This document shows positions 11,442 to 21,491 of a stretch of 32,000 bases of DNA, piece after piece. Under the pieces are notes generated by a model. The model was not told the DNA's origin, ran no database searches, and was given only the letters and a program-made list of their open reading frames with translations. The translations under genes were made by a program, and so were the position numbers. Source of the DNA: Promethearchaeum syntrophicum (lineage in GTDB: Archaea > Asgardarchaeota > Lokiarchaeia > Sigyniarchaeales > Promethearchaeaceae). Location of the stretch: contig NZ_CP042905.2 of the NCBI RefSeq assembly GCF_008000775.2, positions 4,080,001-4,112,000 on the forward strand. Reading direction: 5' to 3'. Numbering within the stretch: the stretch's first letter is position 1; the number at the start of each line of letters is the position of its first letter.

Positions 11442-12473
11442 TCATTCTGTTTCACCTTTTGATATCTTGAATCGTAATTGGTACTTGAAAAACACTACAT
11501 CATTGAGGACTGAGAGAATTTCTGAAATTTCAGATTTCCTTTTTAAAAATTGAGCGTTTCTTTTCAAAGTCACCTTATTGTTATTAAAACAATTAGTGGG
11601 GAAAGACATCATTCCATTGTCCACTAAAACTGACTCGAGATTTATAACATCGTCTACAGCCCAATCGGAAGAAGATATCGCCATAAATTTTATATTGGCA
11701 TATTTTCCATTTTTTGATTTTCCATTTTTTAAATTTATGTGATCTCTAAATCTGATACGAGATTTTTCACTCCTGCCAACATAAAATCCATCTATACCAG
11801 ATTCTTTATGATTGCAAATCTTATAGTAGACCGAAGGAAATTGAAAAACTTTCTTATCTAGTTTATCAAATGATCTTTCTGGAAAAAACCATAAATTGAA
11901 TCCCTTAAAAATTATTTTCTTAATAGAACCTTTAAAAACTTTAACCGTGTAATTGAAATCATCATTAATTTCATCCGGACAGAAATTTTCATCATATATG
12001 TATCCTCCTTTAACCTTCCTGATTTTTAAATTTTCGTTTGGAAGGTCTTTATTGTAATTTGCTTGATATTTTTTCTCAGTCCCATTTTCGTTTACATGTG
12101 TCTTTCTATAAAAAAGACTCAATATAGTTGGAGACACAACAATACCGGGAAAATTATATATTATCATTCGAAGGAATAATATAACTTTTTCTTTACATGC
12201 AGGAAAAAAACGTTTAGGGAGAATCCTTCCAATAAAATATTTCATCTTAATGTTATCGAAACGATCTAAAATCTTATGTAATTTTTTACCATGATCTTGA
12301 CAAAAATCATGAAGATCTGAATATGCTGTTGGTTTTTTTACTCTATTATTTTCTCTCCAAATTGATTTTGATAATACTAAACTTGAGAATATTATCACCA
12401 AAATAAATAATTTGTCCAAATTTGAATTGAAGACAAACAGATAATATATTTTTATTATATTTAAGTTAGTCAT
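11442..12473 (-). CDS. Possible membrane-anchored GIY-YIG-like nuclease domain protein
   Basis: N-terminal hydrophobic segment LFILVIIFSSLVLSK. Later VYYKICNHKESGIDGFYVGRSEKSRIRFRDHI...NLESVLVDNG resembles GIY-YIG (VYY...YVG...R..H...E). Confidence 0.45.
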   Translation of the reverse strand: MTNLNIIKIYYLFVFNSNLDKLFILVIIFSSLVLSKSIWRENNRVKKPTAYSDLHDFCQDHGKKLHKILDRFDNIKMKYFIGRILPKRFFPACKEKVILFLRMIIYNFPGIVVSPTILSLFYRKTHVNENGTEKKYQANYNKDLPNENLKIRKVKGGYIYDENFCPDEINDDFNYTVKVFKGSIKKIIFKGFNLWFFPERSFDKLDKKVFQFPSVYYKICNHKESGIDGFYVGRSEKSRIRFRDHINLKNGKSKNGKYANIKFMAISSSDWAVDDVINLESVLVDNGMMSFPTNCFNNNKVTLKRNAQFLKRKSEISEILSVLNDVVFFKYQLRFKISKGETE

Positions 12474-12510
12474 TAAAAATTATAAATCAATCCGAATATA
12501 AAAGATTAAT

Positions 12511-12655
12511 TGAAATCCAATTCATATATTTAAGATTTATCAAATCTGAATTCATGTGAAATCCAATTTAGAAATAAAATGAAATCCCAATTAGAGATTT
12601 ATCAAATCCAAATTCATATGAAATTTAATTTAGAAATAAAATGAAATCTCGGAAT
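12511..12655. repeat. Imperfect tandem repeat with a unit of about 62 bp in the divergent intergenic region
   Basis: TGAAATCCAATT at 12511 and 12557, TGAAATTTAATT at 12619. TTTATCAAATC(T/C)(G/A)AATTCAT and TTTAGAAATAAAATGAAATC are each seen twice, spaced about 62 bp apart. Confidence 0.7.
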
Positions 12656-12740
12656 TTTAAAAATTCGAATTCCAATAATTTTTTTTTTAAAACTACTCAG
12701 TCTTAAAAACCTCACTTGCCTATCATTTATTGAGAGACAA

Positions 12741-15191
12741 ATGGAACGGAAATATAATCTTCTCAATATGTGGGTGCTATTTCAGCGATATAATATTACC
12801 AGAAATTTCAACACCCGCGGATTTGATCAAAATAAAGTAGAATGTGAAAGATTAACTCGAGAATCTCTATTCTCCATGAAACTCAAACACTCCCCGTTTT
12901 TCAGAGCGAGAATGTATACTCACCTTATGTTCAATGAAGCAACTAAAGACCACAATAGTGATGTTTGGCGTTTTTTGCGGAAAAAAATTAGGAATTTCGC
13001 TAAATTCTATCAAGAAATCAGTCATATACAGAGTGAAGTCGATTACGTTCCGATTTTAGCTGATGAAATGATCAAGTTTTCTCTAAAAGAAGGTTCGAAT
13101 TTTATGACATGGGGAATCGTAATGTTTGACTCCCAAATGGACTTTAGAAAGGACGAACAAGATAGATTCATTAATCTGCTAGGAATAACACAAGAAACTG
13201 GAAATATAGAATTAACTTTCCCGTTAATCTCATGTATACAGGAAAATTTTCTCCATAAATCCATGGATTTTTTAGCCTTCTCTCATCCCGAAGGAGAAGA
13301 TTTCTATGTGGATTATTTCCGTTTATATAAAGCCAAATATATGGTTGAAACATTCCAACCCGTGTTCATGGATTGGCTTTTTTCTCAACAAGGACTAGAA
13401 GATGATTTGAAATCTTTTATATCAATTTTAAATTCTGTTTTTATCATTGCTATTTCCAAACCCTTAGAGCAAATTGTTGAGATTATGGAAGATTTGGGAG
13501 GTATTAAGATAATTGGATCTGAAATTTTCGACTTGATTGAATTAAGCGAAATATTCCTTCTGGAATATTGGAATTCTATTGAGATAGATGATCAGATTGT
13601 ATTATTGAATGAATGGCCTGATTCCACTTTCATGTACGAATTTATCTCAGTAATTCCGCAACTTTTTAATCAAGATTTAGCTTTACAACATCTGGAAAAT
13701 CTTTTAAAAATTATGCAAAGGTACGGTTACCATCAAGAAAATCTCGCTTTTCTAGAAGAAAGTCCAAAGGAATATCAATATTTAAACAAAATGAAAAAGA
13801 TATATGGAAATCCAAATGAAAACTTCAATATTTACGCGAGATTAAATTTAGCTCAAGCTCTGCATTTTGGCGATCTTGCCCATACAGAAAGATTGTTAGA
13901 TTATATTTTAAAATCTCCACCCGATTCAAGGGAAAATCTGAAAATTCTAAATTATTATGCTGCGAATCTTAATTTTTTTCAAGAAAAGTGGTCATCAGCA
14001 GAAATCTTCTTTAGAAAGATTGTTGAACCAGACCAAGAGATGAGTCTCAAGCAGAGAGTAATGGCTACGCTCTGTCTATTAATGGATGGAAACACTGAAA
14101 AATTCTATGGTGAATTTGAGGATATCCTGCATAACCACTCGATCCATGCGAATGCAACCCTACCTGAAATTCGAGATTTGTATTGGGATCTTATCGCAAT
14201 GAAGGGTATTTCTTACATGTTTCAGCTAACAGATATCCTAATAGAGAGGGGAAACATTGACGGACCCAAATTATGCAATGAAATGGGGCAAATATCTGCA
14301 GATCTGGGTTATTTTAATGAAGCAATTAAATTTTATAATCGAGGGTTCGAATTTAAAATTTCCGATATATTTAGAGGAAATCTCTACAACAATATAGGCT
14401 CGGTTCTTAACCAGCAAGGAAAATTGGATGAGTCTATTGAAAAGTTCCAACAAGCCGTTGCTCTTAATCCGAATAACGCTCGAGTATGGTTAAATATGTC
14501 CAAATCTTATGGTTTCAAAGGAGAACCGATGAAAGCGTTAGAATGTATAAAGCATACTCAAAAAAATCTCAATTTAGATTCTTCCTCGCTTGCAGAATTT
14601 ATTTGGAGTAACTATGAATCCAATAGGATTGGATTTTTAGCTCATTCCATCATCAATTATAATGCAATTGAATTTTCCGATATTAAAACACAGTTTCGGT
14701 TAGCAGACCGTTTATTTTTTAAATCCTTTCCCCAAGATCCCGACCTACAAGAATTAGCTACATCAATCTTCATGCATTATGGGAATGGAATAGAACTACT
14801 TTTCCATTATAAATTAGGGGCTGCATTTACGAATAAGATTAAAGAGTTGCATGGGGATGATTTGAAAAAATTACGAAATTATAAATTAAAAAAGAACATC
14901 CCAAAAGAATTGCACAATTTGCTATATGAAAATCACGTTAGCCATAGTAATTGGGGAAAAATCATTGAAAATTTTCTCAGGACACCTATAGAAGAGAGAT
15001 TTATACATTATACATCATGTTTTGAGGATTTCAAAGAAGACGAGTTAAAATTGTTAAAGAACGCAGTTGAATTCGCGGGAAAATGGAGAAATCCGAGTGA
15101 TCATGGAGAAATATTAAATTATGATGTTGTTAAGAAATACCGATCACAGTTAATTTTTCTCATTAATTCAAGTCTTGAAATCTTTAGGTGA
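12741..15191 (+). CDS. TPR-repeat protein with C-terminal HEPN-like motif (816 aa)
   Basis: TPR units such as LYNNIGSVLNQQGKLDESIEKFQQAVALNPNNARVWLNMSKSYGFKGEPMKALECIKHTQKNL. C-terminus LLKNAVEFAGKWRNPSDHGEILNYDVVKKYRSQL matches the RNPSAHGE tail of the 850-aa protein. Confidence 0.75.
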   Translation: MERKYNLLNMWVLFQRYNITRNFNTRGFDQNKVECERLTRESLFSMKLKHSPFFRARMYTHLMFNEATKDHNSDVWRFLRKKIRNFAKFYQEISHIQSEVDYVPILADEMIKFSLKEGSNFMTWGIVMFDSQMDFRKDEQDRFINLLGITQETGNIELTFPLISCIQENFLHKSMDFLAFSHPEGEDFYVDYFRLYKAKYMVETFQPVFMDWLFSQQGLEDDLKSFISILNSVFIIAISKPLEQIVEIMEDLGGIKIIGSEIFDLIELSEIFLLEYWNSIEIDDQIVLLNEWPDSTFMYEFISVIPQLFNQDLALQHLENLLKIMQRYGYHQENLAFLEESPKEYQYLNKMKKIYGNPNENFNIYARLNLAQALHFGDLAHTERLLDYILKSPPDSRENLKILNYYAANLNFFQEKWSSAEIFFRKIVEPDQEMSLKQRVMATLCLLMDGNTEKFYGEFEDILHNHSIHANATLPEIRDLYWDLIAMKGISYMFQLTDILIERGNIDGPKLCNEMGQISADLGYFNEAIKFYNRGFEFKISDIFRGNLYNNIGSVLNQQGKLDESIEKFQQAVALNPNNARVWLNMSKSYGFKGEPMKALECIKHTQKNLNLDSSSLAEFIWSNYESNRIGFLAHSIINYNAIEFSDIKTQFRLADRLFFKSFPQDPDLQELATSIFMHYGNGIELLFHYKLGAAFTNKIKELHGDDLKKLRNYKLKKNIPKELHNLLYENHVSHSNWGKIIENFLRTPIEERFIHYTSCFEDFKEDELKLLKNAVEFAGKWRNPSDHGEILNYDVVKKYRSQLIFLINSSLEIFR

Positions 15192-15347
15192 GATTTTACT
15201 CATTTTTTTTTTAACTAAGGTCACCTAGGGGTCAGGTTTTTTACCTTCATCTTTTTAACTATTCAGATCAAAAATTACACAATTAACTTTAAACGTTTTT
15301 GACAAATATATAATAAATAAGTAAATATAAGAAAGGATAAAAAAATT

Positions 15348-16640
15348 ATGAGTGATGATACACCAAGATATTGGTTTTCATATAAAGGGCGTATTCTGGA
15401 AGCGATCACGCTAAATGGAGAAAAAACTTGGGAAGAATTACAAGAATTTACTGGATTTTCTCCTACAATCTTAAATAAAATTTTGTCCGAGCTTTATTCA
15501 TTGAAAATTCTATCAAAAACAGAAAATGACACTTATCGAATCAGTTATGAAGTATTTTTAGAATATAGAGATTATTTAAAAGAATTAGACAATACGGTCT
15601 CAATTTCTCAAAATAGAGAATTTGTAGTAGACTCAGAAATCGACGATAATGAACAAAAACTTGAGAAGATGTTTGAAGGCAAATTAAACCAATTTAATAT
15701 TTTCTTAAATCAAAAAATAAACGAATTTCAAAGTAAAATGAAAGCAATGGAGAAAGAAATGAATGAAGAAAAACCGATAAATGATGCTACGGGCAAAAAT
15801 ATCATAATAAATTCACTTATTGATTCTCAACTTGGAAAATGGATGATAATTAGGAGATTAGGAGAAGGCGGACAAGCAATTACGTTTATTACTATTGATG
15901 TTGGAGATGCAGAGAAAAAAGAATATGTAATGAAATTTTTTATTCATCGAGAAGATCTTGATCAAGACATGAAGAGATTCAAAAAAGAAATTAAGGCATT
16001 AGAAATGTCAACTGGTCATGAAAATATCGTAGAAATTATTGATTCTCATTTTGGGAGACCAGAAGTAGATTTATATTATATAATGGAAAAATGCGATAAT
16101 GATCTGAAACAGCAAATAAAGAATATGAACGGGTCTAATTATTTATTCAAAATTTTTGATTTCTATTTAGATATAATCAAAGCTGTTGATTTTTTACATT
16201 CCGCAGATATAATCCACCGAGATTTGAAACCAGCGAACATTTTAATAAAGGATAATAAAATCAAAGTGGGGGATTTTGGTATATGTTTTATCCCTGGAAC
16301 TGATCGTGACACCTTCACTAATGAACAAGTTGGACCGAAATTTTATTGCGCTCCTGAATTACTAAATAAACGGGCAGAAAAGATTAGTTTTAAAGCAGAT
16401 TATTATTCATTAGGAAAAATTTTATATTATTTATTATCAGATGGTGAAAATCTTGACGCAGAATACTACGATTTGCCTAATTATAGTTTATCCAAGAAAT
16501 ATAACAATTCTAAATATGATTATTTCAATGAATTCTTCAAAAAAACAATTAATGCCCACATAGAAGAACGATATAGCACTATTGATGAACTAGTTAATGG
16601 ATTTCATAGATGTAAAAACAATTTTCTAAATCCGGAATAA
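15348..16640 (+). CDS. Winged-helix N-terminus, coiled coil and Hanks-type Ser/Thr protein kinase
   Basis: N-terminal wHTH-like ITLNGEKTWEELQEFTGFSPTILNKILSELYSLKILSKTENDTYRIS. Kinase motifs LGEGGQAITF, HRDLKPANILIKD, VGDFG, GPKFYCAPELL. Confidence 0.88.
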   Translation: MSDDTPRYWFSYKGRILEAITLNGEKTWEELQEFTGFSPTILNKILSELYSLKILSKTENDTYRISYEVFLEYRDYLKELDNTVSISQNREFVVDSEIDDNEQKLEKMFEGKLNQFNIFLNQKINEFQSKMKAMEKEMNEEKPINDATGKNIIINSLIDSQLGKWMIIRRLGEGGQAITFITIDVGDAEKKEYVMKFFIHREDLDQDMKRFKKEIKALEMSTGHENIVEIIDSHFGRPEVDLYYIMEKCDNDLKQQIKNMNGSNYLFKIFDFYLDIIKAVDFLHSADIIHRDLKPANILIKDNKIKVGDFGICFIPGTDRDTFTNEQVGPKFYCAPELLNKRAEKISFKADYYSLGKILYYLLSDGENLDAEYYDLPNYSLSKKYNNSKYDYFNEFFKKTINAHIEERYSTIDELVNGFHRCKNNFLNPE

Positions 16641-16684
16641 ATCAAAATTCAATGGTTATAGGAAATTCGAAAATCTGGAAATAT

Positions 16685-16710
16685 TCCAGAATGAAATGAT
16701 AAATCTGCAT
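16685..16710 (+). repeat. Isolated copy of the dispersed GAATGAAATGA motif
   Basis: tccagaatgaaatgataaatctgcat closely matches 10491-10516 ttacagaatgagatgataaatctgca. Confidence 0.7.
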
Positions 16711-16940
16711 ATTTTTAACTCAAAATTTCGGAATTGAAATGATATTATTATTAATTAAGAACTCTATATCTAATTAAGATGCAAGAAGATAAAACATTTG
16801 AGAACGCTTGCAAAGATTTATGGAAAGAAATTAGAGATTAAGAATAGATATTTAAAAAAGGATCGAGAATTAATCCAAATTTTAGTATATGGAATGATAT
16901 TATTAAAATTTCCAAAAAGTGAATAATTAGGATTAATAAA

Positions 16941-18608
16941 TCATAGTGAAATTTGTTTAATACCAGACTGGGCAAAAATATCATAAATTTCTTTGATTCT
17001 ATTAATAGATTGTAGTGAATCTTCTCTCTTATCACAATTAGTAAAATAAATTTTTGATTTTGCTCTTGATAAAGCAACAAAAAAGGTACACAATTCAGAA
17101 AAACGATTTCTTTGATAACTAAAAAAAGCATTATCTTCTAAGCCAATAAATATTACTACTTCAAATTCCAAACCCTTACATTTATGAACAGTCATTATTG
17201 GAATAATATCTTTTCCCAAGAGAGATTCTAATGATTTACTCCAATCTTTCTGTATTTGATATTGTTGCCAAAAATAAAAGTTAAATTTATCGATAACTTG
17301 TTTAAGATAATTTCTACTTAAATATTGTGGATATATTGTTGATAACTCAGCAAATCCAAAAATATTGATTAAAGGTCTATATATTTTTGAGAGATCTTGT
17401 ATAGTTTCAATCCTTAAAAATTTTTTTTGTAAAGCTTTTGATAAATTATAGATTATCAAATTTAATTTTTGATATCTTCCTAATTTAGTATCTTCGTTGA
17501 AACCTTTAATATAGATAAGTAAGTTGTAAATATTATTCCAATCTTCTATGGATTGCTCTTTCAAAGATAAACGAATGAAACTAACAACTAATTTTATTAT
17601 TGGTTCACTTAAAAATTCCTGATAAATATTTTCAAAACGTGCAGGTATTCCAAGAATATCAAGTTTCTGGATGATTTTTCCCCTATAAATATCAATTTTA
17701 TTGCGAGTATCCTTTCGACGATAGATAATGCATATTTGTTCTGGAGATATTCCCTTGTCAATATGCTTTTTTATTTCCAAGGCAATTATCTCAGCTTCCC
17801 TTTCTGAATTTGTAAAATGAAAAATTTTACAATCTCCCTCATCATTTTTTTGATATTCTGCTCTAATTTTTATATTTGGATCTAACTTTTCAGCAAAGAA
17901 ACTCTGAATATATTGTAGTTTTTTCTTAGATCGGTAGTTGATTAATAATGGAATTCTTTTTGCCCCAAAATCTCGTTCAAATTTATCAAATATTTTTTTT
18001 TCTGCTCCTGCAAATATCATAATTGTTTGTTTAATATCCCCAACAGCAGTCAATATTGTGGATGATCCCATAAAAGATTCCTTAATAAAGTTATATTGCG
18101 TTGCAGTTGTATCTTGAAATTCATCAAGTAGAACATATTTGTAAGTTTGTTTAATTGCATTATGGAGATGTTTATTATTTTTTATTAACCAAGTGGCTAA
18201 ATTTTGGATACGTTTAAAACTAAGAATATTTTTATTGTTATTCAATAAATTTTTTTTTTTGTCCTGAATTTTATAATTTTTAATTGGTCTGATATCTTCG
18301 GGTAAAGCTAACCTAAATCTATCCAAAATACCTTTTGTAAATGCATCTATTGTTAATGAATCAAATCTAGAAATTAACTCGATACCACATCTTAGTAAAG
18401 CTCTATATTCTAAATTTGTTGCAGAATCGCGTTTAAAAGAAATTGCTAAAATACGATATGGGAAAGGGCATGATTTAGTTTGTAATAAGAAAGAAACTCT
18501 TTGAGCAAGTATCTCTGTTTTTCCAGATCCTGGACCAGCTAATACACTAATATTTTCATTGCTTTTCACAATTTCTAAAGCATTAGAAACCAAGACCATT
18601 TTATCCAT
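16941..18608 (-). CDS. gajB-like: UvrD/Rep-type SF1 helicase, GajB-like (Gabija partner)
   Basis: LAGPGSGKTEILAQRV, LLDEFQDTTATQYNFI, VGDIKQTIMIFAGA, NYRSKKK, TVHKCKGLEFEVVIFIGLE. Located 34 nt downstream of an OLD nuclease gene. Confidence 0.82.
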   Translation of the reverse strand: MDKMVLVSNALEIVKSNENISVLAGPGSGKTEILAQRVSFLLQTKSCPFPYRILAISFKRDSATNLEYRALLRCGIELISRFDSLTIDAFTKGILDRFRLALPEDIRPIKNYKIQDKKKNLLNNNKNILSFKRIQNLATWLIKNNKHLHNAIKQTYKYVLLDEFQDTTATQYNFIKESFMGSSTILTAVGDIKQTIMIFAGAEKKIFDKFERDFGAKRIPLLINYRSKKKLQYIQSFFAEKLDPNIKIRAEYQKNDEGDCKIFHFTNSEREAEIIALEIKKHIDKGISPEQICIIYRRKDTRNKIDIYRGKIIQKLDILGIPARFENIYQEFLSEPIIKLVVSFIRLSLKEQSIEDWNNIYNLLIYIKGFNEDTKLGRYQKLNLIIYNLSKALQKKFLRIETIQDLSKIYRPLINIFGFAELSTIYPQYLSRNYLKQVIDKFNFYFWQQYQIQKDWSKSLESLLGKDIIPIMTVHKCKGLEFEVVIFIGLEDNAFFSYQRNRFSELCTFFVALSRAKSKIYFTNCDKREDSLQSINRIKEIYDIFAQSGIKQISL

Positions 18609-18642
18609 AGGTACCCAATTTTCTCTTTTAATGCAAATTTTA

Positions 18643-20622
18643 CTACTCCTCCAGAAGATTTTTACTTTTTTGAATTATTTCCTTTAGTATTGGAGAAATA
18701 TTTTGATTAAGTTGTTCATTTGAAATTTCACTCAAGAAGAGATAATGGATCAGTGGTTTATTATTGTTAAAGAGATATTTATGCCAAGCTAACAACTCTC
18801 CTTTTTCAGAAAACACACTTTCATTTAAAATAAAATCATCTTTGAAAGGAGTTTTAACATAATGTTCAAGTTGATCTTCATAATCTGGTTCCTCAATGTG
18901 TCTTAGTACATTGGGACCTCGCCCTTTTAATAATTTATATTGTTCTAAAAAAGATTCAATCATTAAAAAATCAAAATCAAGAGGGTATGAGAAAAAAATA
19001 TTTTTCCTTTCAAGTTGATTTCTGAAAATATCATCTGTAATATCTATTGAGTCAATAATTTGATCAATATTTGATAAATTTATATCATATTCTCCAATTT
19101 GGAAATTTGGATTAATTTCTAATAATTCTTTGCATATATATTTTAAAGGATTTTGGATTTTTTTATATATATCAAAATCGAGTAGAGTTATATGTGGAAT
19201 CATCAAATCATTGAGTAATTTCCAAAAATAATTAACAAATTTACCTCCTAATGGTATTATCGAAATGTAATGATTGTCAATTAAAATATCTTCAACCTGA
19301 AATAATCGGGGAAATACAATTTTCTCACTATCACCTTCAACTAATATAATTAATTTAGAGAAATACATTTCTGGAAAGAATTGAACTCCTTGTTTTACAA
19401 ATTTAAATGCCTCGTCACTTTCTGAGGGTAATAATATCTTCCTTATAGATGTTGTATTTGTTGTTAAATCTAATCGAAAATGCCTTATTGTTTCTGGATT
19501 AATTCTTTTAAGAATTGAAGGTGAATGCGAAGTAATTAATATTTGAGCGATCTCTAATTTTGATGTTTCTTGCAAGTTTTGAATGGTTTTTCCAAGCAAA
19601 TGAGGTGCTAAATGATTCTCAGGTTCTTCGATTGCTACTATCGTGAGATAAGGTGGTGTATAATTAGTATCAGAGAATAAATCTTCTGCCTCGTTCAATA
19701 TTTTACTTTCGATCTCTAATAAGGAACAAACTAAGGATATGTAGAATAGTGATTTCATTCCATCACTAATTTGTTCAATATCATAATTAATTTCATCTGG
19801 ACTAGGTTTAAATGATATCTCAATTTTTTTTAAAATATCATCTAGTTTCCCTGTAGCAAAACTGAAATTTGTATTGGAGAAATATTTAATATCATTATAT
19901 TTTTTCCATTCTTGATTAATAATTTCTTCTATTTTTCCTATTCCTTGATTCTCAACTATTTTTCCATTTAAAACTTTCATTTCATCTATAATTGATTTTT
20001 TCAAACTTTCACTCCATTTTAAATATCGGAATAATCTCCATATTATTGTTCCAGTTGAATTTTTTATCTGGTTTGAAGGACTTCTCAATGCTGGAACATA
20101 TATCATTTGAATAATCCCCAATTCTTTCATCTTAACCCAATTTGTAGTTTCAGATTGTTGTTCCATTTCTGGTGTTTTAATATAGCGATAAATCTGGGTG
20201 ATATTACCTTCAATATTCATATTACGCTCCCAAACTGCTTCTAATCTTATTCGAAAATATGGTGGTGAATTATCATCACGAATTATTAATTGGTTGAAAT
20301 AGGCAGCTTTAGCCTTTTTTTGAGATTCTTCTAAATCAATTTCAGGAAATTCTATAAATACTTCAATACTCAGTCTTAATTCATCAAAATCTTCGAAATT
20401 TTTACCTCTAGGAATATGAAAATCCGCTTTATGAATTTGTCGAAGAGATTGAGTAATACCAAAAATTTTTTGTAATGCAAGGAGCATTGCTGTCTTACCA
20501 GAGTTATTAGCACCGATTAGCACCGTACTATTATCTAATGATGTTTCAATGCCTTCAGGTCCAAAACTTTGGAAATTTTTTATAATTATTTTTGTAATTT
20601 TCATTTCAAAATCTTTCTCCAA
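18643..20622 (-). CDS. gajA-like: OLD-family ATP-dependent nuclease (ABC ATPase plus TOPRIM), GajA-like
   Basis: MKITKIIIKNFQSF..., LIGANNSGKTAMLLAL, TIVAIEEPENHLAPHL, QILITSHSPSIL, TOPRIM LVEGDSEKIVFPRL and LLDFDIYK, C-terminal FSYPLDFDFLMIESF typical of class 2 OLD. Confidence 0.85.
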   Translation of the reverse strand: MEKDFEMKITKIIIKNFQSFGPEGIETSLDNSTVLIGANNSGKTAMLLALQKIFGITQSLRQIHKADFHIPRGKNFEDFDELRLSIEVFIEFPEIDLEESQKKAKAAYFNQLIIRDDNSPPYFRIRLEAVWERNMNIEGNITQIYRYIKTPEMEQQSETTNWVKMKELGIIQMIYVPALRSPSNQIKNSTGTIIWRLFRYLKWSESLKKSIIDEMKVLNGKIVENQGIGKIEEIINQEWKKYNDIKYFSNTNFSFATGKLDDILKKIEISFKPSPDEINYDIEQISDGMKSLFYISLVCSLLEIESKILNEAEDLFSDTNYTPPYLTIVAIEEPENHLAPHLLGKTIQNLQETSKLEIAQILITSHSPSILKRINPETIRHFRLDLTTNTTSIRKILLPSESDEAFKFVKQGVQFFPEMYFSKLIILVEGDSEKIVFPRLFQVEDILIDNHYISIIPLGGKFVNYFWKLLNDLMIPHITLLDFDIYKKIQNPLKYICKELLEINPNFQIGEYDINLSNIDQIIDSIDITDDIFRNQLERKNIFFSYPLDFDFLMIESFLEQYKLLKGRGPNVLRHIEEPDYEDQLEHYVKTPFKDDFILNESVFSEKGELLAWHKYLFNNNKPLIHYLFLSEISNEQLNQNISPILKEIIQKSKNLLEE

Positions 20623-20920
20623 GTAAGATAGTAAATGCTATTTAATTTAGACAATATTCATTCATGAGAAAAAATCATTTATTAATTGAGAATTACCGAT
20701 TTGATTAACAAGATTTATGCAAGTTGTTTATCTAAATATTACCATTCTTTCATTTCAATTAAATTAAGATTTAACAATTATTAAAGTACACTCAATCTTC
20801 CAAAAATACAAAACTAAATTTCATTGCTAATATTTTTCAAACTTTTTTTCCAATGCCAATAATTTCTGATACCATTGCCAAAAAAAACTAAAAAACTCAA
20901 AAGTTATCAAATCATTTTTT

Positions 20921-20959
20921 CGTGTCATTTCATTATTTCGTGTTTTGTCATTTCATTTT
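20921..20959 (-). repeat. Two minus-strand copies of the dispersed ATGAAATGACA motif
   Basis: cgtgtcatttcattatttcg and tgttttgtcatttcattttc, spaced about 23 bp apart. Confidence 0.75.
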
Positions 20960-21149
20960 CCATCTTCACACTTCCTAACAGCTTAATTCGATTGAAAAAC
21001 ACCTCTTTTTCATCTTTTATAACATATAAAATATGATAATGACTGGATGCAAATTTCTGTTCTGTGAAAACAGCAAAATTGTACTGCCAAATAAGATGAT
21101 TCCTTAATATTAATCCAGAATCTTCAATAGATTGTAAGATTGGAAGCAA
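20925..21149 (-). pseudogene. C-terminal fragment of a site-specific DNA methyltransferase
   Basis: ILQSIEDSGLILRNHLIWQYNFAVFTEQKFASSHYHILYVIKDEKEVFF matches the G..LRN.IIW.YN.......F..SH.HILY..KD pattern of N4/N6 MTases. The N-terminal part and catalytic motifs are absent. Confidence 0.55.
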
Positions 21150-21165
21150 TATCGTTTAGATTTCC

Positions 21166-21423
21166 TCACAAAATCCCACCATCATCGGACAAACCGTAAG
21201 CCGAGACGAGTAATAGCAATTTTTCGGTCAATTCGGGATTTTGATCTGCGAACGGAATAGCAACTGCACCGCCATACGAAATACCTACAATGATAGCTGG
21301 CCCAACTTCTTTTTCAATAAATAATGCAAAATCGGCTGCAATTTCCCTGCACCATTTATCTACCGAAATATTCACTTCATATCCCAAAATATAGACTTGG
21401 TGATCAAAATCCTTGGGGAGCAT
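21166..21423 (-). pseudogene. Truncated alpha/beta hydrolase fragment
   Basis: 85 aa with nucleophile elbow VGISYGGAVAIPFADQNPELTEKLLLLVSA. Both ends are missing relative to a full hydrolase. Confidence 0.6.
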
Positions 21424-21491
21424 TTATCGGTAGGTTTTTATCTCCGCTTCTGGAGTAAGTGCCAAACTGCAAATGAGATCTTTTTTTCCTA

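Noticed and set aside
12511-12655. 62-bp tandem repeat considered as a CRISPR or rDNA-like element
   Set aside because: The repeated blocks cover most of the unit with no unique spacers, so it is a degenerate tandem repeat.
16838-17131. 97-aa minus-strand ORF
   Set aside because: It overlaps the 3' end of the UvrD helicase ORF in another frame and has low-complexity, hydrophobic composition, consistent with a spurious frame.
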